From NCBI GenBank assembly GCA_963663035.1, contig OY760074.1, forward strand, positions 1,152,001-1,216,000: a stretch of 64,000 bases of DNA. Reading direction: 5' to 3'. Both the position numbers and the translations under genes were made by a program. Shown here one piece after another: positions 19,458 through 30,197 of this stretch. The DNA is from Acidobacteriota bacterium. Lineage in GTDB: Bacteria; Acidobacteriota; UBA6911; RPQK01; JADFOI01. The notes beneath the pieces are model-generated. The model searched no databases. It was not told the origin of the DNA and saw nothing but the letters and a program-made list of their open reading frames with translations. Each line of letters starts with the position of its first letter. The first letter of the stretch is position 1.

Positions 19458-22400
19458 GTGATCAGAGTTCGCGGCCTGGAACTTCCTGAAGTCATCAGAG
19501 ATCCCCTGGGTTCCTTCGTTCATCGTCTTCGTCGTTCGCTCCCTGCAGAAAATATTGGGGGAGAGGTGTCGCCTGATATCCAGCAGAACCCAGCCAGGGA
19601 ACTGCTCGAAAAGGGCGTGGCACTGGGGCGTGCTGACCAGGCCGAGGAAGCTTTTGGCGCCTACGATGAATTGCTGAAACAGTTTGTCGAGACAGGAGGA
19701 GGTGGTGTGGGCGCTCTTGAACATGGCTCTCATCCTGGCAGGTGAGGGCCGTACCGACGACGAGATTTCGGTCTACGATGAGTTGCTGGGTCGTTTTGGA
19801 CAAAACCTGCCTGTTCCTCAAGCGCCTTCTGTGCTTGCAGTTCCTGAGTGGCTCAAGGAAGAAGGGGACACGAGCCAAGCCAGTGAAGGGAGCGTCGTGG
19901 TGCACGAGCAGGTGGCCTGGGCGCTCTTCAACAAGGGCGTGGCCCTGGGGAGTCTGGGGCGCACACAGGAAGCGCTTGTGGTCTACGATGAGTTGCTGGG
20001 TCGCTTTGGAGGGATGACCAGAAAAAAGGCGGCAAAATCGGGCGGCTGACACTTCCTGACTGGCTGAAGGGCGAACAGCAAGAGGAGGGTAGCAGTCAGC
20101 CGGACAGGGGGGTGCACGAACAGGTGGCCTGGGCGCTTTTTTACAAAGGCGTGATCCTGAAAAGTCTGGGGCACACCGAGGACGCCATTGCGGTCTTTGA
20201 TGATCTGCTGCGTCGCTTTGGGGGAGTGCAGGAATCAGTATTGGAGCGCCTGACACGTCCTGGATGGCTCAAGAAGAGCGAAGGGGCTGACGCCGGTGGC
20301 CAGGAGGAGGAGTCGCGAGAGCAGGTAGCCTGGGCGCTCTTTAATAAAGGCGTGGCCCTGGGGAGTCTGGGGCGCACCACCGACGCGATTGCGGCCTATG
20401 ATGATCTGCTGGGTCGCTTCGCCGGGATCATGGGAGGATCAACGGGTGGTCTGGTACGTCCGAAATGGATGAAGACAGATCCACAACCTGACCCCACCAA
20501 CCCAGAGCAGGTGCTGGTGCGAGAGCAGGTGGCCTGGGCCTTGTTTAATAAGGGAGTGTCCCTGGGGACTCTGAGTCGCATCAAGGAGGCTCTTGCGACT
20601 TACGATGAGCTGCTGAGCCGCTTTTCACAATCGAGAGAGCAGGATGTGCAGGAGCAGGTGGCGCGGGCGCTGATCAATAGGGGAGTGCTGGAATCGGCAC
20701 TGCAGGAGCGACTGGCCAGATCACCCGCCAGCCAGGGGGTGACCCTGGGGTCTTTAGGTTCCACACACGACCCCAGTGCGTTCTTCGATCAGGCGTCGGA
20801 TCCGACTCAACCCACGGCAACCACTGAACATCCGAAGCAGGGGGTGGGGGCTCAGGTGGCTAAGGGGATGGCTTTGGGGGATACAAAGGCGGCGATTGCA
20901 GTTTACGATGATGTGGTCGGCCACTATGGCAGGTCAGTCGACACCAACGTGTTGAAATATGTAGCCGAGGCGCTGATCAACAAGGGAAAGGCTCTGGGGA
21001 GTCTGGGCCGCATATCGGAGGCGATTGAAGCCTACGGTGAGGTGATGACCCGTTTTAGCGATGCCAAAGAATCAGTTCTGAGGGAGCAGGTGGGCCGGGC
21101 GCTGCTCAATAAGGAGATGCTGGAAGTGGCACTGCGAGAGCAGAGTGCGCAGGGGGTGGTGACTGAGACATCCTCCACTCCGGGAGACACCCGGGGGACT
21201 CTCGGACAGACACCGGAGGTGACCGGGATCCCCGATGGGGTGGTCAGTGAGATCGAACACTCCCCGGAAACGGATCTGCCTGGGCAGGAAGCGCAGGCTC
21301 TGGTGGAAAAAGGGGTGGAGCTGGGGAGTTCAGTGGAGGCGCTGGCGATCTTTGACGAGGTGGTCAGTCGCTTTGGCGGGGACAAGGTAGTGGAAGTTCA
21401 GCAACAAGTGGCCGAGGCCTTGAGCAATAAGGGAATGATTCTGGGAACTCTGGGCCGTATGGAAGAAGCCATGGCCGTCTGTGATGACGTGGTGAGCCGC
21501 TTTGGCCAGGATGAGGCACCGGCCCTGCAAAAACAGGTGACCGTGGCGCTGGCCAAAAAGGAGGCCTTGCAATCCATCCTCCGGGAGAAGGCGGCCGAAA
21601 GGGAGGCGGAAGAGAGGCGCCGGGCCGAAGAGGAGGCGATAAGGAAGGCCCAGGAGGCTGAAGAGAAACGCCTGGCCGAGGAGAAGCGCCTGGCCAGCGC
21701 CTGGGGAGCAGGCCGAGAAGGAGGCCCAGGAGGCCGAAGAGAAGCGCAAAGCCGAGGAACAGGCCCAAAAGGAGGCCGAGCAGCGGGAGGCACGAGAGCT
21801 GGTCGAAAAGGGCGCAGGCCTGGGAAGCACAGAGGAAGCGCTGAAGGTTTACGATGAGGTGATCAGCCGTTTCGGAGCCCCCAGCCAAAAGGAAATGAAA
21901 GAGCCGGTGGCGCAGGCTCTGGTCAAGAAGGCTCTGACCCTGGGAGCTCTTGGGCGCATGGAAGATGTGGTGGAGGTGTGCGATGAGGTGGGGGCTCGCT
22001 TTGGCCTGGCCACCGAGGCGAAAGTGAAGGATCAGGTGGCGCAGGCGTTGGTCACCAAGGGAATGGCCCTCAGGAGCTTGGGTCGCTGGGAGGAAGTCAT
22101 TGAAGCCTGCGATGACATGGTCTCACGCTTTGGGGAGACCAACGACGCCGAACTGCAGGAAAAGGTGGCCTGGGCGCTGGTCAGTAAAGAAGTGGCTCTC
22201 AGGAGTCTGGTTCGCATGGAGGAAGTCGTTGAGGTTTGCGATGAGGTGATCCAACGCTTTGGAGAAACAACGGAATCGGCACTGCAGGCGCACGTGGCCG
22301 GGGCGCTTTTCAATAAGTGGGTGGCCCTGGGGGCACTGGGTCGAATGGAAGAGTCGATGGCGGTCTGTGATGAAGTGGTCACGCGCTTTGGAGAGGCCAC

Positions 22401-22998
22401 AGAATTGGCAGTGCGGGAACAGGTGGCTCGGGCTCTGGTCGAGAAGGGGGTAATCCTGGGAGCTCTGGGCAAGATGGAGGAAGAGGTTGGGGTCTATGAT
22501 GAGGTGATCCGTCGCTTTGAGAAGGAGACCGTTCCGGTACTGCAGGAGCAGGTGGCCAAGGCGCTGGTCAATAAGGGAGTGGCACTGGGGGGGCTGGATC
22601 GGTCAGAGGAAGTGATTCAGATCTGCGATGAGGTGATCCGTCGCTTTGAGAAGGAGACAGATCCGGTACTGCGGGAGCAGGTGGCCAAGGCGCTGGTCAA
22701 CAAAGGAGTGGGCCTGGGCATACTGGGTCGTATGGAAGAGACGATGAAGGTCTGCGACGAAGTGGTCAGCCGCTTTCAAGAGGCGAAAGAACTGGAACTG
22801 CGGGAGCAAGTGGCACGGGCGTTGGTCAACAAGGGAGTGGCTCTGGAGAGTCTGGGTCGCCGGGAGGAAACGATCGCAGTCTACGATGAGGTGGTCACAC
22901 GCTTCAAGGGAGAACCGGCTCTACACGAACAAGTGGATCGAGCAGCGGCACTGCGTGAGGCCTTGCAGGGGGCCAAAGACGATCCCAAAAAGCCGTAG
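19458..22998 (+). pseudogene. large TPR-repeat protein split into 4 frames (pseudogene, recoding or assembly error)
   Basis: The repeat EQVAxALxNKGVALGxLGR...YDE..RF continues across ORFs 19458, 19684, 20112 and 21859. Breaks at ~19690, ~20025 and ~21700. Confidence 0.8.
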
Positions 22999-23021
22999 CA
23001 ACTCAGGTCTACCTCTGCCGG

Positions 23022-23094
23022 GAAACGTGGGGACAGACTACCCGTTCACCTCATTTTTGAAATGAGGTGAACGGGTAGTCTGTCCCCACGTTTC
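23022..23094. repeat. perfect 35-bp inverted repeat with 3-nt loop between convergent genes
   Basis: GAAACGTGGGGACAGACTACCCGTTCACCTCATTT-ttg-reverse complement. Confidence 0.95.
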
Positions 23095-23162
23095 TCTCCC
23101 TCCCACCTTCTCCAGACCGCAAGTGCCAGAGAGTGGGAGGGGCCTCAGGCCCTGAACTTTCT

Positions 23163-23930
23163 TTAGGTCTGTCCCTGCCGGAAGATTTCATAGAGCACTA
23201 GGGAGCCCGCCACGGCGGCATTCAGACTTTTCGACTGAGACTCCATGGGGATGTGCAGGTGATGATCCGCCAGCTTCAGGACAGAAGCCTCCAGGCCCCG
23301 ACCTTCATTGCCAATCGCTACCACCAGAGGAGGCCGAAAGCGGACCCCAAACAAGGAGTCTCCACCTTGCGGGGTCGTGGCCCAGATATGATATCCGCGG
23401 CTTTTGAACTCTTCCACTTCAATTCCCTCCAGAAACGGAACCGAGAACAGCGAAGCCGCCGAGGCCCGGACGACCTTGGAGTTGAAACAGGAGACGGTGT
23501 TGCCGCTGGTAGCCACACTAAAGATTCCCGTGGCCCGGGCAGTGCGCAAAAGTGTGCCGACATTCCCTGGATCCTGGATCTGGTGCAGGTAGAGAATCCA
23601 GGAGGAGAAATCGGCCCAAGTCCAGACGGGCTTTTTGAAAAAGGCGACTATCTGTTGAGAAGAGTCGAGAGCGGATAGATTCTCAAGTAGGCCAGGAGCC
23701 AGGCAAACGGAGCGGCGAGAGTGGGGAAGAAGCGTCTCTACGCGGGGCTGGGCCGTATCTGAGAAAAGCAAAAGTTCAATGGGACGCTGAGCGGAGAGGT
23801 CCTGGACTTGTCTCCAACCTTCAACGGGGATCCAGGGGCAGTCCTCTTTCTCAGGGTGAGACACATATTGACGCCATTGTTTGTACTGTTCGTTTTGGCG
23901 GCTTTCAATGCGAGTAACAGAAGATGACAC
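23163..23930 (-). CDS. TrmH/SpoU-family RNA methyltransferase
   Basis: QDPGNVGTLLRTA, GNEGRGL, IPM...SLNAAVAGSL. Confidence 0.93.
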   Translation of the reverse strand: MSSSVTRIESRQNEQYKQWRQYVSHPEKEDCPWIPVEGWRQVQDLSAQRPIELLLFSDTAQPRVETLLPHSRRSVCLAPGLLENLSALDSSQQIVAFFKKPVWTWADFSSWILYLHQIQDPGNVGTLLRTARATGIFSVATSGNTVSCFNSKVVRASAASLFSVPFLEGIEVEEFKSRGYHIWATTPQGGDSLFGVRFRPPLVVAIGNEGRGLEASVLKLADHHLHIPMESQSKSLNAAVAGSLVLYEIFRQGQT

Positions 23931-23989
23931 TTTCGATAGTTTATCAAGAGTTCGGGGGCAGATTTGGAATTTCTGCTATCTTTACAGAC

Positions 23990-24616
23990 ATGTATCTGGA
24001 CCTTGACTCTCCCTCACCAGGGGTCATCGAAAAAGCGGCCCAGGTCATCCGTCAAGGTGAGGTCGTGCATTACCCCACGGACACCATCTACGGTCTGGGC
24101 TGCGATCCATTCAATGAGAGAGCCCTGGAGCGTCTCTTCGCTATCAAGGGCCGCTCGGCGGGAAAAGGGGTATTGCTGCTTGTGCCAGATTTCTCTTATT
24201 CTGAAATGTTTTCAGATAATATATCTAATGTATTTTATAAGCTGGTGGAAGCCTTCTGGCCGGGCCCTGTCACCTTCCTTCTGGAGGGGAAGCCGTCCCT
24301 TTCCCGGTGGCTGGTGGGAGAGAAGGGCAAGGTGGGATTGCGGCATCCTGATTTGACCTTCCTGGAACTCTGGATGCAGGCCATCCCGGGCCCCCTCGTG
24401 TCCACTAGCGCCAACCGTTCAGGGAAGCCGCAGGCTCAATCATTGGCTGAGTTAAAAAGACTTTTTCGACACCAGGTGGATCTCTTTCTGGAAGGTGAGG
24501 AGATAGATTTGAGCAGCAGACCCTCGACGGTGGTTGACTTGACCAGAGATCCGCCCAGCATTGTGAGGGCTGGACGCTGGGCCGGGAGAGTGGAGGAATT
24601 TCTCAGCAGTCAATGA
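23990..24616 (+). CDS. tsaC: L-threonylcarbamoyladenylate synthase (Sua5/YrdC)
   Basis: YPTDTIYGLGCD, KGR, FWPGPVT, STSANRSG, PSTVVD. Confidence 0.92.
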   Translation: MYLDLDSPSPGVIEKAAQVIRQGEVVHYPTDTIYGLGCDPFNERALERLFAIKGRSAGKGVLLLVPDFSYSEMFSDNISNVFYKLVEAFWPGPVTFLLEGKPSLSRWLVGEKGKVGLRHPDLTFLELWMQAIPGPLVSTSANRSGKPQAQSLAELKRLFRHQVDLFLEGEEIDLSSRPSTVVDLTRDPPSIVRAGRWAGRVEEFLSSQ

Positions 24617-24635
24617 TAAGAATGAAAGGAGTGAC

Positions 24636-25421
24636 ATGCCTCGAACTTGGCTAGGGTTCAAAGGAATTGGGATTCTCCTGGGTCTGCTGGCCGGCTCCCT
24701 TTGCCCGGTCCTTCCTCAGTCCAGTTCCTCGCAGCTGAGCGCTATCGAGATTGTTGATAAGGTCGACCGGATGATGCGGGGAGACTCCTCCTGGGGCAGA
24801 TTGGAAATGGCGGTCGTCACCAGGCGCTGGGAGCGAAGTGTCACTCTGGAAATCTGGTCTGAGGGTACGGAACAGGCTCTCATAAAGATTCTCAAGCCCA
24901 AGAAAGAGGAGGGAACGGCAACTCTCAAAGTGGGCTCTGACATGTGGAATTACCTGCCCAAGATCGATCGCACCATTCGGGTACCCTCCTCAATGATGAT
25001 GGCTTCCTGGATGGGCTCTCATTTCACCAATGACGATCTGGTCAAGGAAAGCCGTCTCATTCGCGACTACGAGATTGAGATCTTCTACCAAGGCGAACGG
25101 GAAGGGGTTGATGTCTACGAGTTTATCCTGACTCCTTATCCTGAGGCGCCGGTGGTGTGGGGCAAGATACTCTACCAAGTCCGCACGGAGGATCTGATGC
25201 CGACCTGGGTCGAATACTACGGTGAAGATGGAGAACTCAAGCGTACCCTGACCTTTTCTGAATATCGGGAGATGAGCGGACGACTGCTCCCAGCCAGATC
25301 CAGGATGGTCCCTCAGGATAAACCGCAGGAATACACCGAGGTCATCTATCTCGAGCTTCGCCTTGATATCCCCTTGCCCGAGGGAACCTTTTCGCTGGCC
25401 TCCCTGCGGAGATCGAGATGA
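24636..25421 (+). CDS. outer membrane lipoprotein-sorting (LolA-like) protein
   Basis: MWNYLPKIDRTIRVPSSMMMASWMGSHFTNDDL; first gene of an ABC operon. Confidence 0.85.
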   Translation: MPRTWLGFKGIGILLGLLAGSLCPVLPQSSSSQLSAIEIVDKVDRMMRGDSSWGRLEMAVVTRRWERSVTLEIWSEGTEQALIKILKPKKEEGTATLKVGSDMWNYLPKIDRTIRVPSSMMMASWMGSHFTNDDLVKESRLIRDYEIEIFYQGEREGVDVYEFILTPYPEAPVVWGKILYQVRTEDLMPTWVEYYGEDGELKRTLTFSEYREMSGRLLPARSRMVPQDKPQEYTEVIYLELRLDIPLPEGTFSLASLRRSR

Positions 25422-26674
25422 TTGTTTGGCGGCTGGGCTGGCGAAACCTGTGGAGAAACCCCAAGCGCAGCCTGATTACCATCTCCGCGGTGGGTTGTGG
25501 CTATGCCTTTTTGATTGCTCTGATAGGCTTGATGGTCGGCTTGTCGGGACAGATGCTCAAGAACGGAACGGGACTGCTCCTGGGTGACCTGCAGCTTCAC
25601 CATTCCGATTATCTGCCCGAGCGCAGCCTCTACGATACTGTCGGCAGCGACACCACCAGTGAGCTGGAAAGCTTACTCCATCAGCTCAGTCTTTACCCTG
25701 AGCTGGAGGGTCGCTCCACCCGAGTGTATGGATTCGGTCTTTTTTCAACGGGCGAGAATTCTGCGGGAGGCCGTTTGATGGGTGTGGATCCTGAAGCGGA
25801 AGCAAGTGTGACTACCTTCCTGGAGGGGCTTCAGAGTGGAGAGCTGAGCCGCTCGGTGACCCGTCCTGTGCTGTTGGGGAGTGCCCTGGCACGGGAACTG
25901 GAGGCAACCGTGGGAACGGAGGTGGCCATCGTCACTCAGGCCGCCGACGGCAGCCTTGGAAACGACCTTTTTTTGGTGTCTGGAATCCTGCACACGGGTC
26001 TCAGTTATGTGGATCGCTCTCTGGCGGTTCTCTATTTGACGGATTTGCAGGAGCTGCTGGTGATGAGTCCGGAGGAGATTCATGAGATCGCAGTGAAGAT
26101 CCAGGACCCCATGGCTGCCGATGAGTTTGTGGCCCGTCTCAACGGTTCCGGGGATTTGCCACAGGACACCCGCGCCCAGAGCTGGGGGGAGCTTTCACCC
26201 CAGCTGAGAGACTACGTGAGCATGGCCCAGGGGATGTACGGATTCATCATCCTGATTATTGGCCTCTTCACCGCCGTCGGTGTGCTCAACACCATGATGA
26301 TGGCGGTCTTTGAGAGGACTCGCGAGATCGGGCTGGTCAACGCTTTGGGAATGTCCCCACTCCTCATTGTCAGTTCGATTTTCCTGGAGAGCTTCCTTCT
26401 GGGCATTCTGGGTTTGCTGGGGGGATTTGGTCTGGGAGCCTGGGCGATGTCTTATCTCACCAGCCAGGGCCTGGACTTGAGCAGGTGGATGGGAGAACTT
26501 TCCATGCTGGGAACCCGAATGGACCCTGTTTTGAAAGCCGCCTGGGGATGGGATTATATCCTATGGTCGGCCCTGGGTTTGATTCTGGCCACGGTTTTGG
26601 CCGCCTTCTTTCCTGCCCTGCGGGCGGCTCGATTGAATCCAGTGCAGGCTCTGTCGGCTCCTGTGGAAGGGTAA
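25418..26674 (+). CDS. ABC transporter permease (FtsX/LolE-like)
   Basis: WRNLWRNPKRSLIT, NTMMMAVFERTREIG, PALRAARLNP. Confidence 0.9.
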   Translation: MIVWRLGWRNLWRNPKRSLITISAVGCGYAFLIALIGLMVGLSGQMLKNGTGLLLGDLQLHHSDYLPERSLYDTVGSDTTSELESLLHQLSLYPELEGRSTRVYGFGLFSTGENSAGGRLMGVDPEAEASVTTFLEGLQSGELSRSVTRPVLLGSALARELEATVGTEVAIVTQAADGSLGNDLFLVSGILHTGLSYVDRSLAVLYLTDLQELLVMSPEEIHEIAVKIQDPMAADEFVARLNGSGDLPQDTRAQSWGELSPQLRDYVSMAQGMYGFIILIIGLFTAVGVLNTMMMAVFERTREIGLVNALGMSPLLIVSSIFLESFLLGILGLLGGFGLGAWAMSYLTSQGLDLSRWMGELSMLGTRMDPVLKAAWGWDYILWSALGLILATVLAAFFPALRAARLNPVQALSAPVEG

Positions 26675-26679
26675 GAAAA

Positions 26680-27927
26680 GTGTCCATCCTCTTGAAGATA
26701 GCCTGGCGGAACCTGTGGCGAAAGCCTCGCAGAACAGTTCTCACCGTCACCACGATCTCTCTGGGCCTGACACTGTTGTTGATCTCCCTGGGCCTTGGCG
26801 ATGGCGGGCATGAGCAGATGATTGACAGCGCCGTGCATATGGGCTCAGGGCATGTCCTGGTTCAGCAGCAGGGTTATCAGGAACAGGGAGGAGTCGCCAG
26901 GTTGCTGAGTCCTGAGGAGATCGACAGCGTGGAGTCCTGGGGCCAGGAGATGAAAGGGCAGTTCCCTATTCACCATGTTTTACGTCGAACCTTCGTGTCA
27001 GGTCTGGCCTCTTCAGCCGATGGCTCCACGGGAGTTCAGATCACGGGAATCCAGGCCCCGCTGGAAGAGCAGGCTTCCGACTTTGCTGACAAGCTGATCG
27101 AAGGGGACTTCCTGACGGACCAGGACAGGGATCGGGTGATCCTGGGTGAGGGAGTGGCCCTGAAACTCTCCGTCGGGGTGGGGGAGAAACTCGTCCTGAT
27201 GGCACAGGGCGCTGATGGCCAGGAGATTCGCTCCCGTCTGGTGCGGGTGGGGGGGATTCTGCGAACCGGACTGGAGGAGCAGGATCAGGTCCTGGTCTTG
27301 CTCCCCGTGGCCTCTTCTCAGGAATTTCTGGCCTTGGGGGTGGGGGTCCATCAAATTGCCTTTCTGATGCAGGATGCTCGGCGCTCAGAGGAGCTGGCCG
27401 GCCTGGGGAAGCAGCGGTTCTCCACTCTGGAGGTGTTGAGCTGGGGAGAAGCCATGCCCGAGTTGAAGGAGTTCATTCGGATTGACGATGGGGGCAGCTA
27501 TGTCATGAATGTCATCTTCTTCATGCTCATCAGCTTTACCGTGCTCAATACGCTGCTCATGTCCGTCCTGGAGCGGGGCCGCGAGTTTGCCCTGCTTCAT
27601 TGTCTGGGACTCACGCCGGGCAGGCGATTTACCCTGGTGCTGCTGGAAGCCTTCTTTATTGCCGCTTTCTCGGCTCTCCTCGGGTTTAGCCTGGGATACG
27701 GTGGGCACCTCTATTTGAAACACCATGGCCTGCCCTTGGACCTCTTTTACTCAGGAGAGATCTCGGCTGCCGGTGTGGCCTTTGACCCGGTCCTTTATTC
27801 TGCTCTTTCCGCTGCCCGGATTCTCCAGGCGATGGTGTTGGTCTTTGGCATGACCCTGATTCTGTCCCTGGCTCCGGCCTGGCGGGCGGCCAGGTCAGCA
27901 GATGTGCACTCACTGGGACGGGCATGA
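26680..27927 (+). CDS. ABC transporter permease (FtsX/LolE-like)
   Basis: AWRNLWRKPRRT, NTLLMSVLERGRE. GTG start chosen after the previous stop. Confidence 0.9.
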   Translation: MSILLKIAWRNLWRKPRRTVLTVTTISLGLTLLLISLGLGDGGHEQMIDSAVHMGSGHVLVQQQGYQEQGGVARLLSPEEIDSVESWGQEMKGQFPIHHVLRRTFVSGLASSADGSTGVQITGIQAPLEEQASDFADKLIEGDFLTDQDRDRVILGEGVALKLSVGVGEKLVLMAQGADGQEIRSRLVRVGGILRTGLEEQDQVLVLLPVASSQEFLALGVGVHQIAFLMQDARRSEELAGLGKQRFSTLEVLSWGEAMPELKEFIRIDDGGSYVMNVIFFMLISFTVLNTLLMSVLERGREFALLHCLGLTPGRRFTLVLLEAFFIAAFSALLGFSLGYGGHLYLKHHGLPLDLFYSGEISAAGVAFDPVLYSALSAARILQAMVLVFGMTLILSLAPAWRAARSADVHSLGRA

Positions 27928-28631
27928 TGACTCGAGAGAACACGATCCTTCGACTTCAAGATGTCTCTCGGATCTATCATCAGGGAGATGAGACGATTCG
28001 GGCACTGGACGATGTCAGTTTGACCCTGCACCAGGGTGAGTTTGTGGCCCTCGCCGGGCCCTCTGGCTCGGGCAAGACGACACTGCTGAATGTTGCGGTG
28101 GGGTTGGATCAGCCGACCCAGGGAAAGGTCTGGATTGAGGGCCAGGATTTGAGCGGGATGAAGGCCCCTGAGCTGGCTCGATTACGCCTCAATGAGGTGG
28201 GGTTCATCTTCCAGGCCTACAATCTGGTCCCCGTCTTGAGTGCAGCGGAAAATACTGAGCTGATTCTGCTGCTCAGAGGTGTGCCGGCGGCTGAGAGGAG
28301 GAAAGCCGTTCGCCAGGTGCTCAAGGAGGTGGGCCTGGAAGGTCTTGAAGATCGCAGACCGTCGCAGCTTTCCGGTGGACAGCAGCAGCGGGTGGCGGTG
28401 GCCCGTGCCATAGCGGCCGAACCCGCTCTGGTTCTGGCCGATGAACCGACGGCCAATCTGGACAGCGAAACGGCCTTCGCATTGATGGAACTCCTGGAAA
28501 AGCTGAACCAGGAGCATTCCACCACATTTCTCTTTTCCACCCATGACCCCCGCGTGATGAAGCGGGCCAGGCGGATCATTCATCTGGTGGATGGACATGT
28601 GGAGAGGGACGAATCCCAAACCAGCGGCTAG
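27924..28631 (+). CDS. ABC transporter ATP-binding protein (LolD-like)
   Basis: GPSGSGKTT, LSGGQQQRVA, ADEPTANLD. Confidence 0.95.
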   Translation: MMTRENTILRLQDVSRIYHQGDETIRALDDVSLTLHQGEFVALAGPSGSGKTTLLNVAVGLDQPTQGKVWIEGQDLSGMKAPELARLRLNEVGFIFQAYNLVPVLSAAENTELILLLRGVPAAERRKAVRQVLKEVGLEGLEDRRPSQLSGGQQQRVAVARAIAAEPALVLADEPTANLDSETAFALMELLEKLNQEHSTTFLFSTHDPRVMKRARRIIHLVDGHVERDESQTSG

Positions 28632-28639
28632 CAAACTTG

Positions 28640-29842
28640 ATGTCAAGATTCTACCCGTGCCTTCGCTCTGCTCTCTTCCTCTTCTTCTTGATGGAATGCT
28701 CTGTTCCCTGGCTGCAGGCTCAGGAGTTCGATTGGGGCGGATCCATCCGAGGATACCAATTCTTCCGGGTGGAGCCCACCACCGGCTCATCCCTGCGCCG
28801 GGACTCGGAACTCTGGATCCTGCGTCTCACCGGGGAAGGCCTTTTCGGACAGCATGTCAGTGTGGAAGCTCATCCCCTCCTGCAGCTGGTGTCCCCATCG
28901 CTGTCTGGGCCTTCGCGTTTGGCCACGGCCACCACGCCCACCTATCTTCCCCTGGATCACTCCTTTACCAGCAGCAGGCGTGTCGACCTGGTGGGGAGTT
29001 TTGATCGACTCAATCTGCAAATCGATCTCCAGTCGGCGAGAATCGTGGCCGGCCGCCAGGCCATCACCTGGGGGGTCACTTATTTTTGGCCCTCTCTGGA
29101 TCTTTTTGCTTCCTTTGCCCCCCGCCGGGTGGACCGCGACTACAAGCCGGGAGTTGATGCCGTCCGTGCCAGCATTCCCCTGGGAGCCTTCTCGGAAGTG
29201 GAGGTGATTGGGGCAGTTCTGGGTTCCTCTGTTTCGCGGGACGGCGCAGCGGGAGCCCTGGCCCGGATTTACCTGGGACCGGTCGATGTGGGTGTGATGG
29301 GAGGAAGGTTTCACCAGGACACGGTGGCTGGGGGTTTCTTTACTGCAAACGTTCAGGGGACGGGCTTGCGAGGGGAAGTGAACTGGACCCAATCGGGTGA
29401 TGCGGAGGATCTGGTGCGGGACCGGCGGATCTTCTGGCGCACTGCTGTGGGAATCGATCGGCAGCTGACCCCGACTCTCTCGCTCACCCTGGAGTTTTCC
29501 TTCAACGGATACGGAGGAAGCCAGGCCTCTGACTACCTGGATTTGAGCACATCAGACCGCGTTGTGCGGGGAGAAGTCACTGCCCTGGGGAAATTCTATA
29601 CGGGTATCTCCAGCGCCTGGCGTTTTCATCCTCTGGGCGTCCTCACCAGCAGCCTTCTCATCAATTGGCAGGATCCCTCCACCCTCTGGGTGCCCTCTCT
29701 GAGCTGGTCCACCGGCAACAACTCGGAAGTGTCATTGGGCAGCCAGATTGGCCTGGGCAAGGGACTCCAAGCGGGTATCCCTCAAAGCGAGTATGGCTCG
29801 CTTTCCAATACCCTTTTTGCAGGTTTCAGGGTGTATTTTTGA
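28640..29842 (+). CDS. putative outer-membrane beta-barrel protein
   Basis: Signal peptide, GRQAITWG and PGVDA motifs, C-terminal VYF. Confidence 0.7.
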   Translation: MSRFYPCLRSALFLFFLMECSVPWLQAQEFDWGGSIRGYQFFRVEPTTGSSLRRDSELWILRLTGEGLFGQHVSVEAHPLLQLVSPSLSGPSRLATATTPTYLPLDHSFTSSRRVDLVGSFDRLNLQIDLQSARIVAGRQAITWGVTYFWPSLDLFASFAPRRVDRDYKPGVDAVRASIPLGAFSEVEVIGAVLGSSVSRDGAAGALARIYLGPVDVGVMGGRFHQDTVAGGFFTANVQGTGLRGEVNWTQSGDAEDLVRDRRIFWRTAVGIDRQLTPTLSLTLEFSFNGYGGSQASDYLDLSTSDRVVRGEVTALGKFYTGISSAWRFHPLGVLTSSLLINWQDPSTLWVPSLSWSTGNNSEVSLGSQIGLGKGLQAGIPQSEYGSLSNTLFAGFRVYF

Positions 29843-29845
29843 GAG

Positions 29846-30041
29846 TAGGAGGCAGGAGGCAGGAGGTAGGAGGTAGGAGGTAGGAGGCAGGAGGTAGGAG
29901 GTAGGAGGCAGGAGGTAGGAGGTAGGAGGTAGGAGGCAGGAGGTAGGAGGTAGGAGGTAGGAGGTAGGAGGTAGGAGGTAGGAGGTAGGAGGCAGGAAGT
30001 AGGAGGTAGGAGGTAGGAGGCAGGAAGTAGGAGGTAGGAGG
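29846..30041 (+). repeat. tandem heptamer array, 28 x (T/C)AGGA(G/A)G
   Basis: 196 bp = 28 x 7. Short inverted heptamer tract at ~30099-30133. Confidence 0.97.
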
Positions 30042-30145
30042 AGATTCCTGAAACCTGGAACCGCTGACACCTCACACTTCTTTTCTCTTCTGGATTCTGC
30101 CTCCTGACTCCTGTCTCCTGACTCCTACCTCCTTCCCCAATTCCG

Positions 30146-30174
30146 TTGCCTTTAGGCCTCAATAGGAGTAGTAT
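30146..30174 (+). promoter_or_regulatory. putative sigma70 promoter of the kinase/caspase operon
   Basis: TTGCCT-17 nt-TAGTAT. Confidence 0.55.
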
Positions 30175-30197
30175 TCAGGGACGTATATTCTTTTAAA

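Noticed and set aside
29846-30041. CRISPR array, or the LLPPTSY-repeat ORFs (29732-30162)
   Set aside because: There are no spacers. The ORFs are translation by-products of the heptamer repeat.
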